Source of the DNA: a virus
Lineage: Duplodnaviria > Heunggongvirae > Uroviricota > Caudoviricetes
Direction: 5' to 3' (one strand)
DNA: 40,212 bases
IMG/VR virus record: IMGVR_UViG_3300031521_000016
Coordinates: 99,895-140,106 of that record
Each line of letters opens with the position of its first letter. The stretch's first letter is position 1. This document shows, one piece after another, positions 9,727 to 18,293 of the stretch. The notes beneath the pieces were generated by a model that did no database searches, was not told where the DNA came from, and saw only the letters and a program-made list of their open reading frames with translations. A program made the translations under genes and the position numbers.

Positions 9727-10009
9727 AAAATATATCGTTAAATGTATGTGAAATTAACGTATAGTATTTTCTTTTTCCGGCTCCAATTCGTTGTTTCAAA
9801 AAACCTTGAACTACAAGTGAGGTTAATAATTTGTCGATTTCATCTTCTTCTAGTTTCTTCTTAAATGCAGGTTTCATTCCTAGATCGGACCATTCTTCTG
9901 TCATTCTGCCTCTTTCATGTAGAAATGAGCATATATCGAAAAGTGCATCTTCTTCAGTAGGATAATACTCTGTAAGATGATGCACATTATATTTGTATTT
10001 TATTTTCAT
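9725..10009 (-). CDS. hypothetical protein, possible winged helix
   Basis: 94 aa; helix EIDKLLTSLVVQGFL then beta-hairpin-like KQRIGAGKRKYYTL. Confidence 0.6.
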   Translation of the reverse strand: MKIKYKYNVHHLTEYYPTEEDALFDICSFLHERGRMTEEWSDLGMKPAFKKKLEEDEIDKLLTSLVVQGFLKQRIGAGKRKYYTLISHTFNDIF

Positions 10010-10011
10010 TG

Positions 10012-10320
10012 TTAAAATGGTAAATTATTGTCGTCAGGTTGTTCTTTTTCCCATTTCCATTCTATCTTAGTAACTGGGAATGGCATAACTTCTCTCCAAA
10101 TTGGTTCATAAAAATAGATTCCTTCTGCGAAACCCCATTCAAACATGAAATATTTTCTATCGGATTCACGTTGTACTATGACTGTTTGCCATTTACTATC
10201 AGGATCAAGTTTGCATGTTTCAATGTATTCATATACATCGCCATCTACTATCCAATGTCCATATGACTTTGCATAATCATCAATGTTATGCTTATCTACA
10301 TGAAATATTTCTCGTTTCAT
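10012..10320 (-). CDS. hypothetical protein
   Basis: 102-aa ORF in operon. Confidence 0.65.
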   Translation of the reverse strand: MKREIFHVDKHNIDDYAKSYGHWIVDGDVYEYIETCKLDPDSKWQTVIVQRESDRKYFMFEWGFAEGIYFYEPIWREVMPFPVTKIEWKWEKEQPDDNNLPF

Positions 10321-10322
10321 GG

Positions 10323-10541
10323 TTACAAGTTATTTACTAGGTCTTCTAGTTGTTGTGGTAATGGTTCTCTACTATTCAATAACTCAAAACAAATTTCAGG
10401 TGATTGAGAAGCTACAATGAATGTGTAATAGTCATTGCTAAAATTGGGTTTTTCAGCAATTGCTCGTAGCAATTCTTCTTTTATCTCTACAGCTTTAGAT
10501 GGAGAGACATTAGGTAATCTAATAATCAGTATAGGTTTCAT
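10323..10541 (-). CDS. hypothetical protein
   Basis: 72-aa ORF in operon. Confidence 0.6.
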   Translation of the reverse strand: MKPILIIRLPNVSPSKAVEIKEELLRAIAEKPNFSNDYYTFIVASQSPEICFELLNSREPLPQQLEDLVNNL

Positions 10542-10798
10542 ATTTGATCATATATTTTTGGGTTTACAATTATCCGGGATTGCCCAGATTCATGATAGAT
10601 GTGAGCAAGTTGATTAAGAACTATGATGTCTGAGTCGTAACCTTCATCATGAATCTTTTCAAAAGCTTCTATTAACTCTTCTTTATCTTGTGCATTAGGA
10701 ACGATTATTTTAAATTGCGTCCACTGTACATTCTGATATTCTTCTTTAGTTAATGGTTTATTGTCTTTTTTTAATTTGTAATCACTATATTTTCTCAT
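10538..10798 (-). CDS. hypothetical protein
   Basis: 86-aa ORF, ATGA overlap with next gene. Confidence 0.6.
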   Translation of the reverse strand: MRKYSDYKLKKDNKPLTKEEYQNVQWTQFKIIVPNAQDKEELIEAFEKIHDEGYDSDIIVLNQLAHIYHESGQSRIIVNPKIYDQI

Positions 10799-10808
10799 AA
10801 TGTAAAAG

Positions 10809-10835
10809 TGGTGCTAACCGTTTTGATTAGCACCA
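10809..10835 (-). terminator. intrinsic terminator after recA/uvsX
   Basis: TGGTGCTAA/TTAGCACCA 9-bp stem; CTTTT follows on minus strand. Confidence 0.7.
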
Positions 10836-10841
10836 TTATTT

Positions 10842-12104
10842 TTATTCTGCTGATTCTTCTTCGTTTTCTGAATCATCTCCTAATCCAAGTTCTTCAGCTA
10901 AGTCATCCTCATCTGATACATATTTAGGCAATTCAAACATTGGTTTAATGATCTCGTCATCTAACTTATGTAGAATCTCATCAGGCCATACCTCTGCTCT
11001 AAAGATACCTGAACCTTTAATCGTTTTACCCAAATGCTTTACTGCAAAAGTATTAGCTTTTGGATCAGCTTCGTAAATGTAGTTTCCGGTCTTTGTACGT
11101 TCGATTTTAGGTTTTCCTCTGTACATTTTAGGAGTTACACCGTCTTCTTCAAAAATAGGAGTTTCGATAATTTCTTCGATAAGTTTACCTCTTCCTATTC
11201 CGCAACATTCCCATGTAGCATAGTTCTCAAGACCTACGTAAGGATTCATACCTTTGTAGAATGAAATATGGAACTTAACTGCAATAGGTTTTGCAAATCT
11301 GTTCTTGAAAGGTTTCGATGTAACAATGATACCAGTTTTTGAAGCAACTTCTGCTCCGGCATCTGCTCCTGAATCATCCTTCAATTGTGCTTTTCCTAGT
11401 TGCAAAATGATAGAAGCATTATAGATTGCTCCACCACCACCAGAAATGATCTGAGATGGGAAATAAGAACCTACTGCATCATAAGTGTGATTTGTCATGA
11501 TAAGTGGAATCTTAAATTCAGCTAGATCTGTGGTTATAACGCGGAACATTGAACGTAGATTTTGTTGTTTAGTCATATCTCGTTTGTCTGAACCTGAAAG
11601 CGCATCATTAGATTCTTTTTCTGTTGCAAGGTTACCTAATGAATCGATAACGAACATGATCTTTGGTAGTTCTAAACCTTTTTTCTTTTGTTCTCTTAAA
11701 GTTGCACATAGATTCATAACGATATGTCTTGTATGCAAAACAGTTTTTAGAGGTTGGTAACGAACTTTAGATGGATCGATACCGAAGTTTTCCATTGTAC
11801 CCATATCGATAGCGGTTTCAGAGTCACCGTATATGACATAATACCCCATTTTAATAGCTTCTCGTACTACATTTAGTGCCAAGAATGTTTTACCAGTTCC
11901 AGAAGGGCCGGTAAACATTATACCTCTATTTCCTGGAGCTCCTTTGAATAATGATCCACCGATTTGCGCATTTAATACATAATTGCCTGTTGGAATCCAC
12001 TCACTAATTTTAGAAAATTCATTCTCGGTCATTACTGATCCGAGGCCATCGACTTTAGACATTGCCTTGTCTAAATCGTCAAATGAAAAAGTTCCTTTTG
12101 CCAT
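10842..12104 (-). CDS. uvsX: RecA-like recombinase (T4 UvsX)
   Basis: IPTGNYVLNA, Walker A GPSGTGKT, IDSLGNL, NHTY, GGG, KNRF; acidic tail. Confidence 0.95.
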   Translation of the reverse strand: MAKGTFSFDDLDKAMSKVDGLGSVMTENEFSKISEWIPTGNYVLNAQIGGSLFKGAPGNRGIMFTGPSGTGKTFLALNVVREAIKMGYYVIYGDSETAIDMGTMENFGIDPSKVRYQPLKTVLHTRHIVMNLCATLREQKKKGLELPKIMFVIDSLGNLATEKESNDALSGSDKRDMTKQQNLRSMFRVITTDLAEFKIPLIMTNHTYDAVGSYFPSQIISGGGGAIYNASIILQLGKAQLKDDSGADAGAEVASKTGIIVTSKPFKNRFAKPIAVKFHISFYKGMNPYVGLENYATWECCGIGRGKLIEEIIETPIFEEDGVTPKMYRGKPKIERTKTGNYIYEADPKANTFAVKHLGKTIKGSGIFRAEVWPDEILHKLDDEIIKPMFELPKYVSDEDDLAEELGLGDDSENEEESAE

Positions 12105-12128
12105 TTAATCTTTATTATTTTAGTATTA

Positions 12129-12155
12129 CTTTTAGAGTAGATAATCAATAAGTTC
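12129..12155 (-). promoter_or_regulatory. bipartite promoter-like motif GAACTTATT-N11-CTAAAAG
   Basis: Upstream of uvsX. Confidence 0.55.
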
Positions 12156-12220
12156 TTTATAACCGAAAAAGTTGCCACCATTGAATATATAAGAAAAGAT
12201 GTTTTAAAACATATGCATCA

Positions 12221-12246
12221 AAACTTTTTATGATGCAGGCTAATAA
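12221..12246 (+). promoter_or_regulatory. bipartite promoter-like motif AAACTTTTT-N10-CTAATAA
   Basis: Upstream of plus-strand lipoprotein; first box in loop of TGCATCA/TGATGCA inverted repeat. Confidence 0.55.
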
Positions 12247-12277
12247 TTATGATTAAACATCAAAAAATAAAACGAAA

Positions 12278-12568
12278 ATGAAAAAATTAACTATTTATGC
12301 AATGTCTTTGATTATCTTATCTGGATGTGCATTTAATCAAAAGAATTCTCCTAAAGAAGTCACTTTAACTAGCAAAAATTACGCTATTAATGACAAAGAC
12401 AAAATCATGCTAATAGATTCTACTTGCTATTCATATGAAAATATGTCAGCAGTTATTTTTCCTGGGAAAAAACGTGGAATTGCAATTGAAACACATGATA
12501 GTGTAGGAAATGCAATGGTTGTTACAGTAATAACAACTGAATCAGAAAAATTACTTGTTATGCGATGA
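12278..12568 (+). CDS. predicted lipoprotein
   Basis: MKK, hydrophobic core and lipobox LSGC; own promoter-like box and terminator. Confidence 0.75.
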   Translation: MKKLTIYAMSLIILSGCAFNQKNSPKEVTLTSKNYAINDKDKIMLIDSTCYSYENMSAVIFPGKKRGIAIETHDSVGNAMVVTVITTESEKLLVMR

Positions 12569-12590
12569 AATCAGTAGAAATACACACTAT

Positions 12591-12631
12591 AAAGGGAGAG
12601 TCAATTATAAAAATTTGACTCTCCCTTTTTT
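12591..12631. terminator. bidirectional intrinsic terminator
   Basis: AAAGGGAGAGTCAA/TTGACTCTCCCTTT perfect inverted repeat between convergent genes, T-run on both strands. Confidence 0.85.
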
Positions 12632-12852
12632 TAGACTTCAACTATATTCGATTGGAAGTTATTTATGACTTTTTGCCTCCATTTTTGTAAGTTATCGATT
12701 TGTTCATCGAATTCTGCAAAAAACTCGGTAGATTCTGAAATTTTTAAGGTCATATCGTTTTGTACAATACAATTAAAACATGACATTTTACTCATTATCG
12801 ATTTATATTCGTTAAATAAGTCTTCTGTATCGTGTACGTCTATTACTTTCAT
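12631..12852 (-). CDS. hypothetical protein
   Basis: 73-aa ORF. Confidence 0.6.
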   Translation of the reverse strand: MKVIDVHDTEDLFNEYKSIMSKMSCFNCIVQNDMTLKISESTEFFAEFDEQIDNLQKWRQKVINNFQSNIVEV

Positions 12853-12856
12853 GTTG

Positions 12857-13270
12857 CTATTTCTTTCTAAATATCAGTTCACTTTCTTCATTATTTACAA
12901 AATCTGCAATATCTTTGAATTTTGTGAAATATTGACCACCATTTGTTTGTACCATTTTTCCTACCTTTGTCAAGCTCTTATGTTGATCTGAATCAAATTC
13001 TAACTCACCATAGTCACCAAAGCAAAAAATTGTCTTTTCTGGGCGCTTATTTGAGTCATCAATAACTTCTGCTATTGAGTACACTCCTTTCATTTCTGGT
13101 GTTATAACATATAAACAAAAATCGCAAGATTCACGTTCTCTTAATTCTTCTTCATAAGCTTCTTCTGTCCATTCTTCTACTACTGGATTAAAGTAGTCTA
13201 TTTTTAGCATGGGAATTAACTCGTCACGCCATGTACTGTCATTGCAGGTACCTCCTAAAAATACTCTCAT
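12857..13270 (-). CDS. nucleoside 2-deoxyribosyltransferase-like protein
   Basis: VFLGGTCNDSTWRD, YFNPVV, YVITP, GVYSIAE. Confidence 0.85.
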   Translation of the reverse strand: MRVFLGGTCNDSTWRDELIPMLKIDYFNPVVEEWTEEAYEEELRERESCDFCLYVITPEMKGVYSIAEVIDDSNKRPEKTIFCFGDYGELEFDSDQHKSLTKVGKMVQTNGGQYFTKFKDIADFVNNEESELIFRKK

Positions 13271-13497
13271 ATTTCTCTATTTATCATTTTTTCAAAATTT
13301 TCTTTATACTGTTCTCTATCTGCTTCTGATTCGAATGTCATAGGAATCAGATCGGGTTCTCGTCCTTCACGTAAACTATCTATCATTTCTTCATTAATAG
13401 TCTTTCTTATTTCTCTAGCTAATACAGTAGATAGTACGTCACCTACATCCATGCCGTAATGTGTAAATTGTTCTTCCATGTCATATCGTATCACCAT
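13267..13497 (-). CDS. miniprotein resembling the T4 gp23 major capsid spine helix
   Basis: HYGMDVGDVLSTVLAREIRKTINEEMIDSL vs recalled T4 gp23 VHGMDADAELSGILATEIMLEINREVVDWI. Confidence 0.7.
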   Translation of the reverse strand: MVIRYDMEEQFTHYGMDVGDVLSTVLAREIRKTINEEMIDSLREGREPDLIPMTFESEADREQYKENFEKMINREI

Positions 13498-13644
13498 TTA
13501 CGTGGTGACAAGGTTTTTTCCATTGTAGCTGTCTAAAATTTCAAGTTTTAGTTTTTTCGCTTCTAATACTTTTCCCTTTGTCTTTAGACGATCATATTCT
13601 TTCCAACGTTCATCGTCGGATATTTTAAGCTTCTTCGTTTTCAT
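13498..13644 (-). CDS. small basic hypothetical protein (48 aa, below ORF-track cutoff)
   Basis: MKTKKLKISDDERWKEYDRLKTKGKVLEAKKLKLEILDSYNGKNLVTT; TAATG overlap upstream and abutting ATG downstream. Confidence 0.6.
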   Translation of the reverse strand: MKTKKLKISDDERWKEYDRLKTKGKVLEAKKLKLEILDSYNGKNLVTT

Positions 13645-13961
13645 TAGAATAGCCGTAAAGGGTCTTTAAAATCTTTAAACTGGTCTGGAGCTACATAGTA
13701 CATGCCTATTTTATAGTCAGCATAAGAAACTGTCTTTAGTTGATAATAGACTTTTATCGTATCGTCATCTGGTATCATCCAGAAATAAAAATAAGGGACG
13801 TTTGTGTCCTCTATTTTATTTCCAAATTTACTGTGAAGGTTTGGAATTATCTGTGATTCAGAAAACTCTACATAAGCTCCTCTACCGCCATGTACTACTC
13901 TGGTAAATTCATGAGCAAATAAATTGCCATTTATTGTGATTAATTCTTGTTTAGTGCTCAT
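13644..13961 (-). CDS. conserved hypothetical protein (HGGRGAYVEF motif)
   Basis: 105 aa, aromatic-rich; coupled to neighbours. Confidence 0.7.
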   Translation of the reverse strand: MSTKQELITINGNLFAHEFTRVVHGGRGAYVEFSESQIIPNLHSKFGNKIEDTNVPYFYFWMIPDDDTIKVYYQLKTVSYADYKIGMYYVAPDQFKDFKDPLRLF

Positions 13962-15226
13962 TGTAAGTTAAATAAGTTACGACCAAACTTTTTATTGAAT
14001 TTTCTTGCCATTTCAGTGGTTAGATACTGTTTTCGAGATTCATCTTCTGTATCTAATGTCTGACTACCAAGATGGGTTACAGATGATGTCGATATCAAAT
14101 AGTGTTTTATACCGGAATTCAATAACTGTTCTCTATAGCTATCGTCAGCACACCAAAATTCAAAATCTTCATCGAAACCACTTATTTTATCCCAAACTTT
14201 TCGTTTTAGACAGATACACCATCCACTGATATGTTTTCCAGTTTCATATCCCATGATTGCTCCATACATATCTCTTTGTAGAAGATTTTTTGGACATTTA
14301 GGTGACATACTATCATATCCATATTTGAGCAATTGAGTAGCCCATGAATCGTTAAATATCAAGTCATTATTACATACACAAACGTATTCACTTTTGCCTT
14401 CTGCAATTCCTATATTAGCAAACTTGTTATAGTTAAACTTGCCTTCTGGGTGAATAGTTTTTACTTTATCGTAAGTAACACCCTTTATAGATTCTACAAC
14501 TATTACATTGAATAATCCTGCTCTATCTGAAGCATATAGACTTTTAATGCAGTCTTCAGTTAATTTCTTAAATGCATCAGTTTTTGCATAAGACAGTATG
14601 ACAATGTCTATAGTACTATTATCATATTCGACTATCTTATTTTGTATGATGTTATCTGTATCAATAGGCTCCATTGTCAATTCTAACTCATCATACGAAA
14701 ATTTGAAAAAATAGAGAGCTTCATAGATATTAAACTCTGTACGAATTTTACTTTTTACGTATGTAATATAGTCGGGGCGATTTACAGCATTCTTTACTAT
14801 GTCACGTTTTATGCACATTAAATGATTAGGTGATCCGTATAATGATACTACCTTATCGTTCACTATTTCTTCTTTGAGCTCTTCATTATCATAGTTCATC
14901 GATAAGAAACATGGTACTATTTCATCTTCATTTATATGCTGATCTATGACAAAGTTTATAACGTCAACATCTTTAGAAGTGGCATCGTACAAAGAAGCAA
15001 TATAGTTATCTGATACATCATCATTATCGTCAATAAATGCTACATATTTCCCAGTAGACATTTCTACTAATTGTCTACGCTTCTTACTTATTTCAACACG
15101 CTGATTGTCTAAGAGACAGATTATTTCAACGTCTTTATATTGTTCAGCCTGATCAGAGATTTTCTGTATAAGAGTAAGTGTATTTGCTTTTGACGTTATA
15201 CTACATACTAATATTGATAGTTTCAT
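13958..15226 (-). CDS. two-domain family 2 glycosyltransferase (GT2-GT2); start probably 15226
   Basis: Domain 1 KLSILVCS...GKYVAFIDDND; domain 2 IDIVILSY...FNYNKFANIG...YVCVCNND...ISGWC...FEFWCADD; ATGA overlap at 15223-15226 favours this start over 15298. Confidence 0.88.
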   Translation of the reverse strand: MKLSILVCSITSKANTLTLIQKISDQAEQYKDVEIICLLDNQRVEISKKRRQLVEMSTGKYVAFIDDNDDVSDNYIASLYDATSKDVDVINFVIDQHINEDEIVPCFLSMNYDNEELKEEIVNDKVVSLYGSPNHLMCIKRDIVKNAVNRPDYITYVKSKIRTEFNIYEALYFFKFSYDELELTMEPIDTDNIIQNKIVEYDNSTIDIVILSYAKTDAFKKLTEDCIKSLYASDRAGLFNVIVVESIKGVTYDKVKTIHPEGKFNYNKFANIGIAEGKSEYVCVCNNDLIFNDSWATQLLKYGYDSMSPKCPKNLLQRDMYGAIMGYETGKHISGWCICLKRKVWDKISGFDEDFEFWCADDSYREQLLNSGIKHYLISTSSVTHLGSQTLDTEDESRKQYLTTEMARKFNKKFGRNLFNLQ

Positions 15227-16095
15227 TTCTTCTTTTTCAATTTCTCTTTTAAAATATCGCTTAAATATACTAAAAGATTGTATTTTCTTTCGTCCCATTT
15301 TATCATTCTGTATATAAGAGGTTGTTCTTCAAATGAAGAAACTGCAATATTTTTATTGAGTACATAACGTCTTCTCATATGAACATCAACCACAGTCTCT
15401 ATATCTTCAGCTTTATCTTTATCTTCTATTACTGCTATTACGCCATTGTACACAGAATTCTCAGAATATTTTACACCCATGATTATTGGTGCGTCCATCT
15501 TTGCATATAAATCTACAATAACGGATATACCATGTATATTTCCTATTACTTCAGTTCCACTGAACTCGGTAGAATGTGTTGTGTTATAGTTAAAATTAGT
15601 ATGACCTTCTATTATACATGCAGATTTTTTTGATACGATAACGAAATCGGCCAATTGTTGAGTATCTCTTAGTATTTTTTGTCTACACTTATGTATCTCT
15701 TTTACTATATCGTAAGACGTTACTATCTGAGTACGTGGTTCATACTTAAACCACTTGAATAATTTAGCTTGTGTCGGTGTAAAATTTCTTCTATATGAAT
15801 CTTCTGATAATCTATACAATTCTTGACCAATACGTTTTTCAAAATATGAATCCATTTCGGTTAGAATTACATGACTCACTTTTTGCTCCGGTATGATACC
15901 CATTCTAGTAAGATTGTTATAGTCAGTTTCGTGTATGACAGTATCAACTTTATATGGCTGCAGTTTAATGAGCTTAGATTTAATTTCTAACATTAACTGT
16001 GCATATTTGTAATTATACGCCCTATATATTGCTTCGTATCTGTTTAGATTACGAGGGTTTTTTTTTACACAAACAAAATCTGATAGTTTTTTCAT
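15223..16095 (-). CDS. divergent gp23/gp24-like (HK97-fold) capsid protein homolog, shortened
   Basis: EIHKCRQKILRDTQQLADFVIVS and VIGNIHGISVIVDLYAKMDAPIIMGVK match recalled gp23 QIDKEAVEIARQTGRGEGNFIIAS and FAGVLGGKYRVYIDQYAKQDYFTVGYK. Confidence 0.65.
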   Translation of the reverse strand: MKKLSDFVCVKKNPRNLNRYEAIYRAYNYKYAQLMLEIKSKLIKLQPYKVDTVIHETDYNNLTRMGIIPEQKVSHVILTEMDSYFEKRIGQELYRLSEDSYRRNFTPTQAKLFKWFKYEPRTQIVTSYDIVKEIHKCRQKILRDTQQLADFVIVSKKSACIIEGHTNFNYNTTHSTEFSGTEVIGNIHGISVIVDLYAKMDAPIIMGVKYSENSVYNGVIAVIEDKDKAEDIETVVDVHMRRRYVLNKNIAVSSFEEQPLIYRMIKWDERKYNLLVYLSDILKEKLKKKK

Positions 16096-16343
16096 TAGTT
16101 CATTCTTATTTTTTTCTTATTAACTAACGTATCTCTGAATAATACAGCAGAACTTATAACGTCTTCAAATTCCATAGTTTGCCACACTACTAATGATTGC
16201 ATAAATTCTACATCATTTGCCTCATCTCTGAGTACTGGATCGCCATCTTCTGCATCTATCAAAGATATTCCGTGTTTGTGTAATTCTAAAACTATTCTTG
16301 CATACTTATCGAATGCATCCTCAAATCTTATTTTTTCACTCAT
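16095..16343 (-). CDS. hypothetical protein
   Basis: 82-aa ORF. Confidence 0.6.
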   Translation of the reverse strand: MSEKIRFEDAFDKYARIVLELHKHGISLIDAEDGDPVLRDEANDVEFMQSLVVWQTMEFEDVISSAVLFRDTLVNKKKIRMN

Positions 16344-16590
16344 CCTTTAATTGTAATTTAGTATTCGCAATAGATTCTTCATTTATTACGATTTCATCTT
16401 CATACATGAAACCTTCACAGTCATGCTTATATGCATGCATAACTTCTGCATTTTTCTTGCACTGATCTATTGCTAGTTCACATGCTTCACGCATTGCAGC
16501 AATAGCATCTTCGACTTCAATATTATTGTTCCAAATCGATCCATTAGCTTTTAAGATTTCTCTTAAGTTTATTTCAATCTTTGTATTCAT
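16336..16590 (-). CDS. hypothetical protein
   Basis: 84-aa ORF. Confidence 0.6.
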   Translation of the reverse strand: MNTKIEINLREILKANGSIWNNNIEVEDAIAAMREACELAIDQCKKNAEVMHAYKHDCEGFMYEDEIVINEESIANTKLQLKDE

Positions 16591-16945
16591 TTTCTGTAAA
16601 ATTCTTTAATGATTCATCATTCATTGTCTCAATAGGATATTTCATAATATATGCATCCATTATGATCTGTCTTCTGCTTGCTGCCGCCATAGATTCATAA
16701 TTGTCTACACGATAAGATTGTAACCAAGCATCTTGGGTTTCTCTAACTTCTCTTACTATGTCGTAAAATTTTTCAAGTTCTTCATCATTATCGAATTCTA
16801 ATGTAAATGAACCATCATCGATTATATTAATCTTCTTTACGATGCCATCCTTTGAATGTTCTTTTATAAACTTTTCATACTCTAAACGAGTAGTTTTTGC
16901 TATTTCGTTTAGAGCTGCAGTCTTTTCAGATATATACGCTTTCAT
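16574..16945 (-). CDS. hypothetical protein
   Basis: 123-aa ORF coupled to polymerase gene. Confidence 0.65.
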   Translation of the reverse strand: MKAYISEKTAALNEIAKTTRLEYEKFIKEHSKDGIVKKINIIDDGSFTLEFDNDEELEKFYDIVREVRETQDAWLQSYRVDNYESMAAASRRQIIMDAYIMKYPIETMNDESLKNFTENEYKD

Positions 16946-18126
16946 TAGAATAATTGTGTTGATGTTACAAGTTTTGCACTAATAGCTGAGAAGCCCATAG
17001 CTTCGACGAATCTATTTAATGGAGATATGATAGACTTGTTAAATTGAATATCGTGGTCGATAGGAGGTGCAATTTCTATTGGGAACTGCCCAGGTTGAAA
17101 AGCAAATACATTTTCTTCGTCACGTTTACCTTTTGCCACATAGTACTTAACTTTATCACCAGTTCTAATCAAAGGATATTTCCTTTTATACTTCGAGTTT
17201 GATACTGTAAAGTTATAGATAGCTGCAGCTCTAACGTGAATTGGACATCCTTTTTCTAGTACAAGTTTTTCTTTGTCTTGTAGTACAAACTTTTCATAAT
17301 CTCCAATTGAAGATGCCATAGAAATCTCTTCGATATCTTTAAGCTTATATTCTTCTTTATGTTTACGCAGAATACTTGTAAATTCACTGATAGAAAAATC
17401 ACGTTTCTTGTCTAAGATATATCTTAACATAGACATTAATGTAGTTCTAACGTAAATAGATGAAGAAGATTGAACAATTTCTACACCTTTTGCTGTTATA
17501 TGACTTAAACTGTCAATATCGATACCTGGGTCTTTCCATATTGGATCATATACATACTTCTTTTTTCCTAACCAAATACCTGATGCTGATATTGCTTCAA
17601 GTTCAAAGTTTTGAATATTTGTAGTTCCTGATTTCTTGGCATATAGTTCAAAACACATGTTTAGATATTCCTTTAAGAATATGTCATATATTCTTTTTAT
17701 GAAATCGGTTGGAGAACCTGGCCAGTTGCATTTTGATATGATCTCTTCGAATACAACATAATTTGAATCCGTATCGATATAGAGAACTGGAGCTAAATCT
17801 ATTTTTTGTACTTCAGTTATGCCGAGTTTTTCATGCAATTTAGTATCAAGATGCCAAAACTCCATAAAGTATCTGTTGATTACCTTTTCGGAATATTTGA
17901 TTAAATCTTGGCCTTGTAAAGTAACAGCTTCTGCTACTGCAGTATTATAGAAGATAAACCATGGTGAACCAGTGGCTCCATAAACTGAATTAATGAAAAT
18001 CTTTAAAGCCTGTTCACGGTTCATGTAGAAATTGGCTAAATCTTCCATTCTCTCTATTTCCGCTTCGAGTTCTTGTTTTGTTACGTTATTTGGGTCTATC
18101 TGACACCATTTTAAGTTTTCTATCAT
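16945..18126 (-). CDS. polB: family B DNA polymerase, C-terminal subunit (fingers P helix, palm, thumb; gp43B-like)
   Basis: Motif B KIFINSVYG, motif C YIDTDS, KKKY, KGVE; no exonuclease or motif A. Confidence 0.93.
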   Translation of the reverse strand: MIENLKWCQIDPNNVTKQELEAEIERMEDLANFYMNREQALKIFINSVYGATGSPWFIFYNTAVAEAVTLQGQDLIKYSEKVINRYFMEFWHLDTKLHEKLGITEVQKIDLAPVLYIDTDSNYVVFEEIISKCNWPGSPTDFIKRIYDIFLKEYLNMCFELYAKKSGTTNIQNFELEAISASGIWLGKKKYVYDPIWKDPGIDIDSLSHITAKGVEIVQSSSSIYVRTTLMSMLRYILDKKRDFSISEFTSILRKHKEEYKLKDIEEISMASSIGDYEKFVLQDKEKLVLEKGCPIHVRAAAIYNFTVSNSKYKRKYPLIRTGDKVKYYVAKGKRDEENVFAFQPGQFPIEIAPPIDHDIQFNKSIISPLNRFVEAMGFSAISAKLVTSTQLF

Positions 18127-18147
18127 TGTAAATTATTTTTCTCTATA

Positions 18148-18173
18148 GTTTTAGAGGGTAATTCATAAGGTTC
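18148..18173 (-). promoter_or_regulatory. bipartite promoter-like motif GAACCTTAT-N10-CTAAAAC
   Basis: Upstream of polB C-terminal gene. Confidence 0.55.
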
Positions 18174-18180
18174 ATTATCG

Positions 18181-18291
18181 GTGCTATAACTAGACTCGAA
18201 CTAGTAGTTTTGGAGTTTCCAAATTGGTATATTCCTAGAAATTATATGTTGACTATAAATCCCGTTATTCAACTTTCACCACATATAGCAC
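18181..18291 (-). tRNA. atypical tRNA-like element, 8-bp acceptor stem, long variable arm, predicted CUA anticodon
   Basis: GTGCTATA/TATAGCAC acceptor; ACTAG-TTCGAGT-CTAGT T-arm; TTTGGA-AAC-TCCAAA variable arm; TATAAT-TTCTAGG-AATATA anticodon arm with one mismatch; oversized D region; followed by CGA, not CCA. Confidence 0.65.
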
Positions 18292-18293
18292 TG

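Noticed and set aside
10842-11300. Extra segment in the UvsX C-terminal region (IIETPIFEEDGVTPKMYRGKPKIERTK) as a possible intein or intron
   Set aside because: Short, in frame, no splicing motifs; more likely a lineage-specific loop
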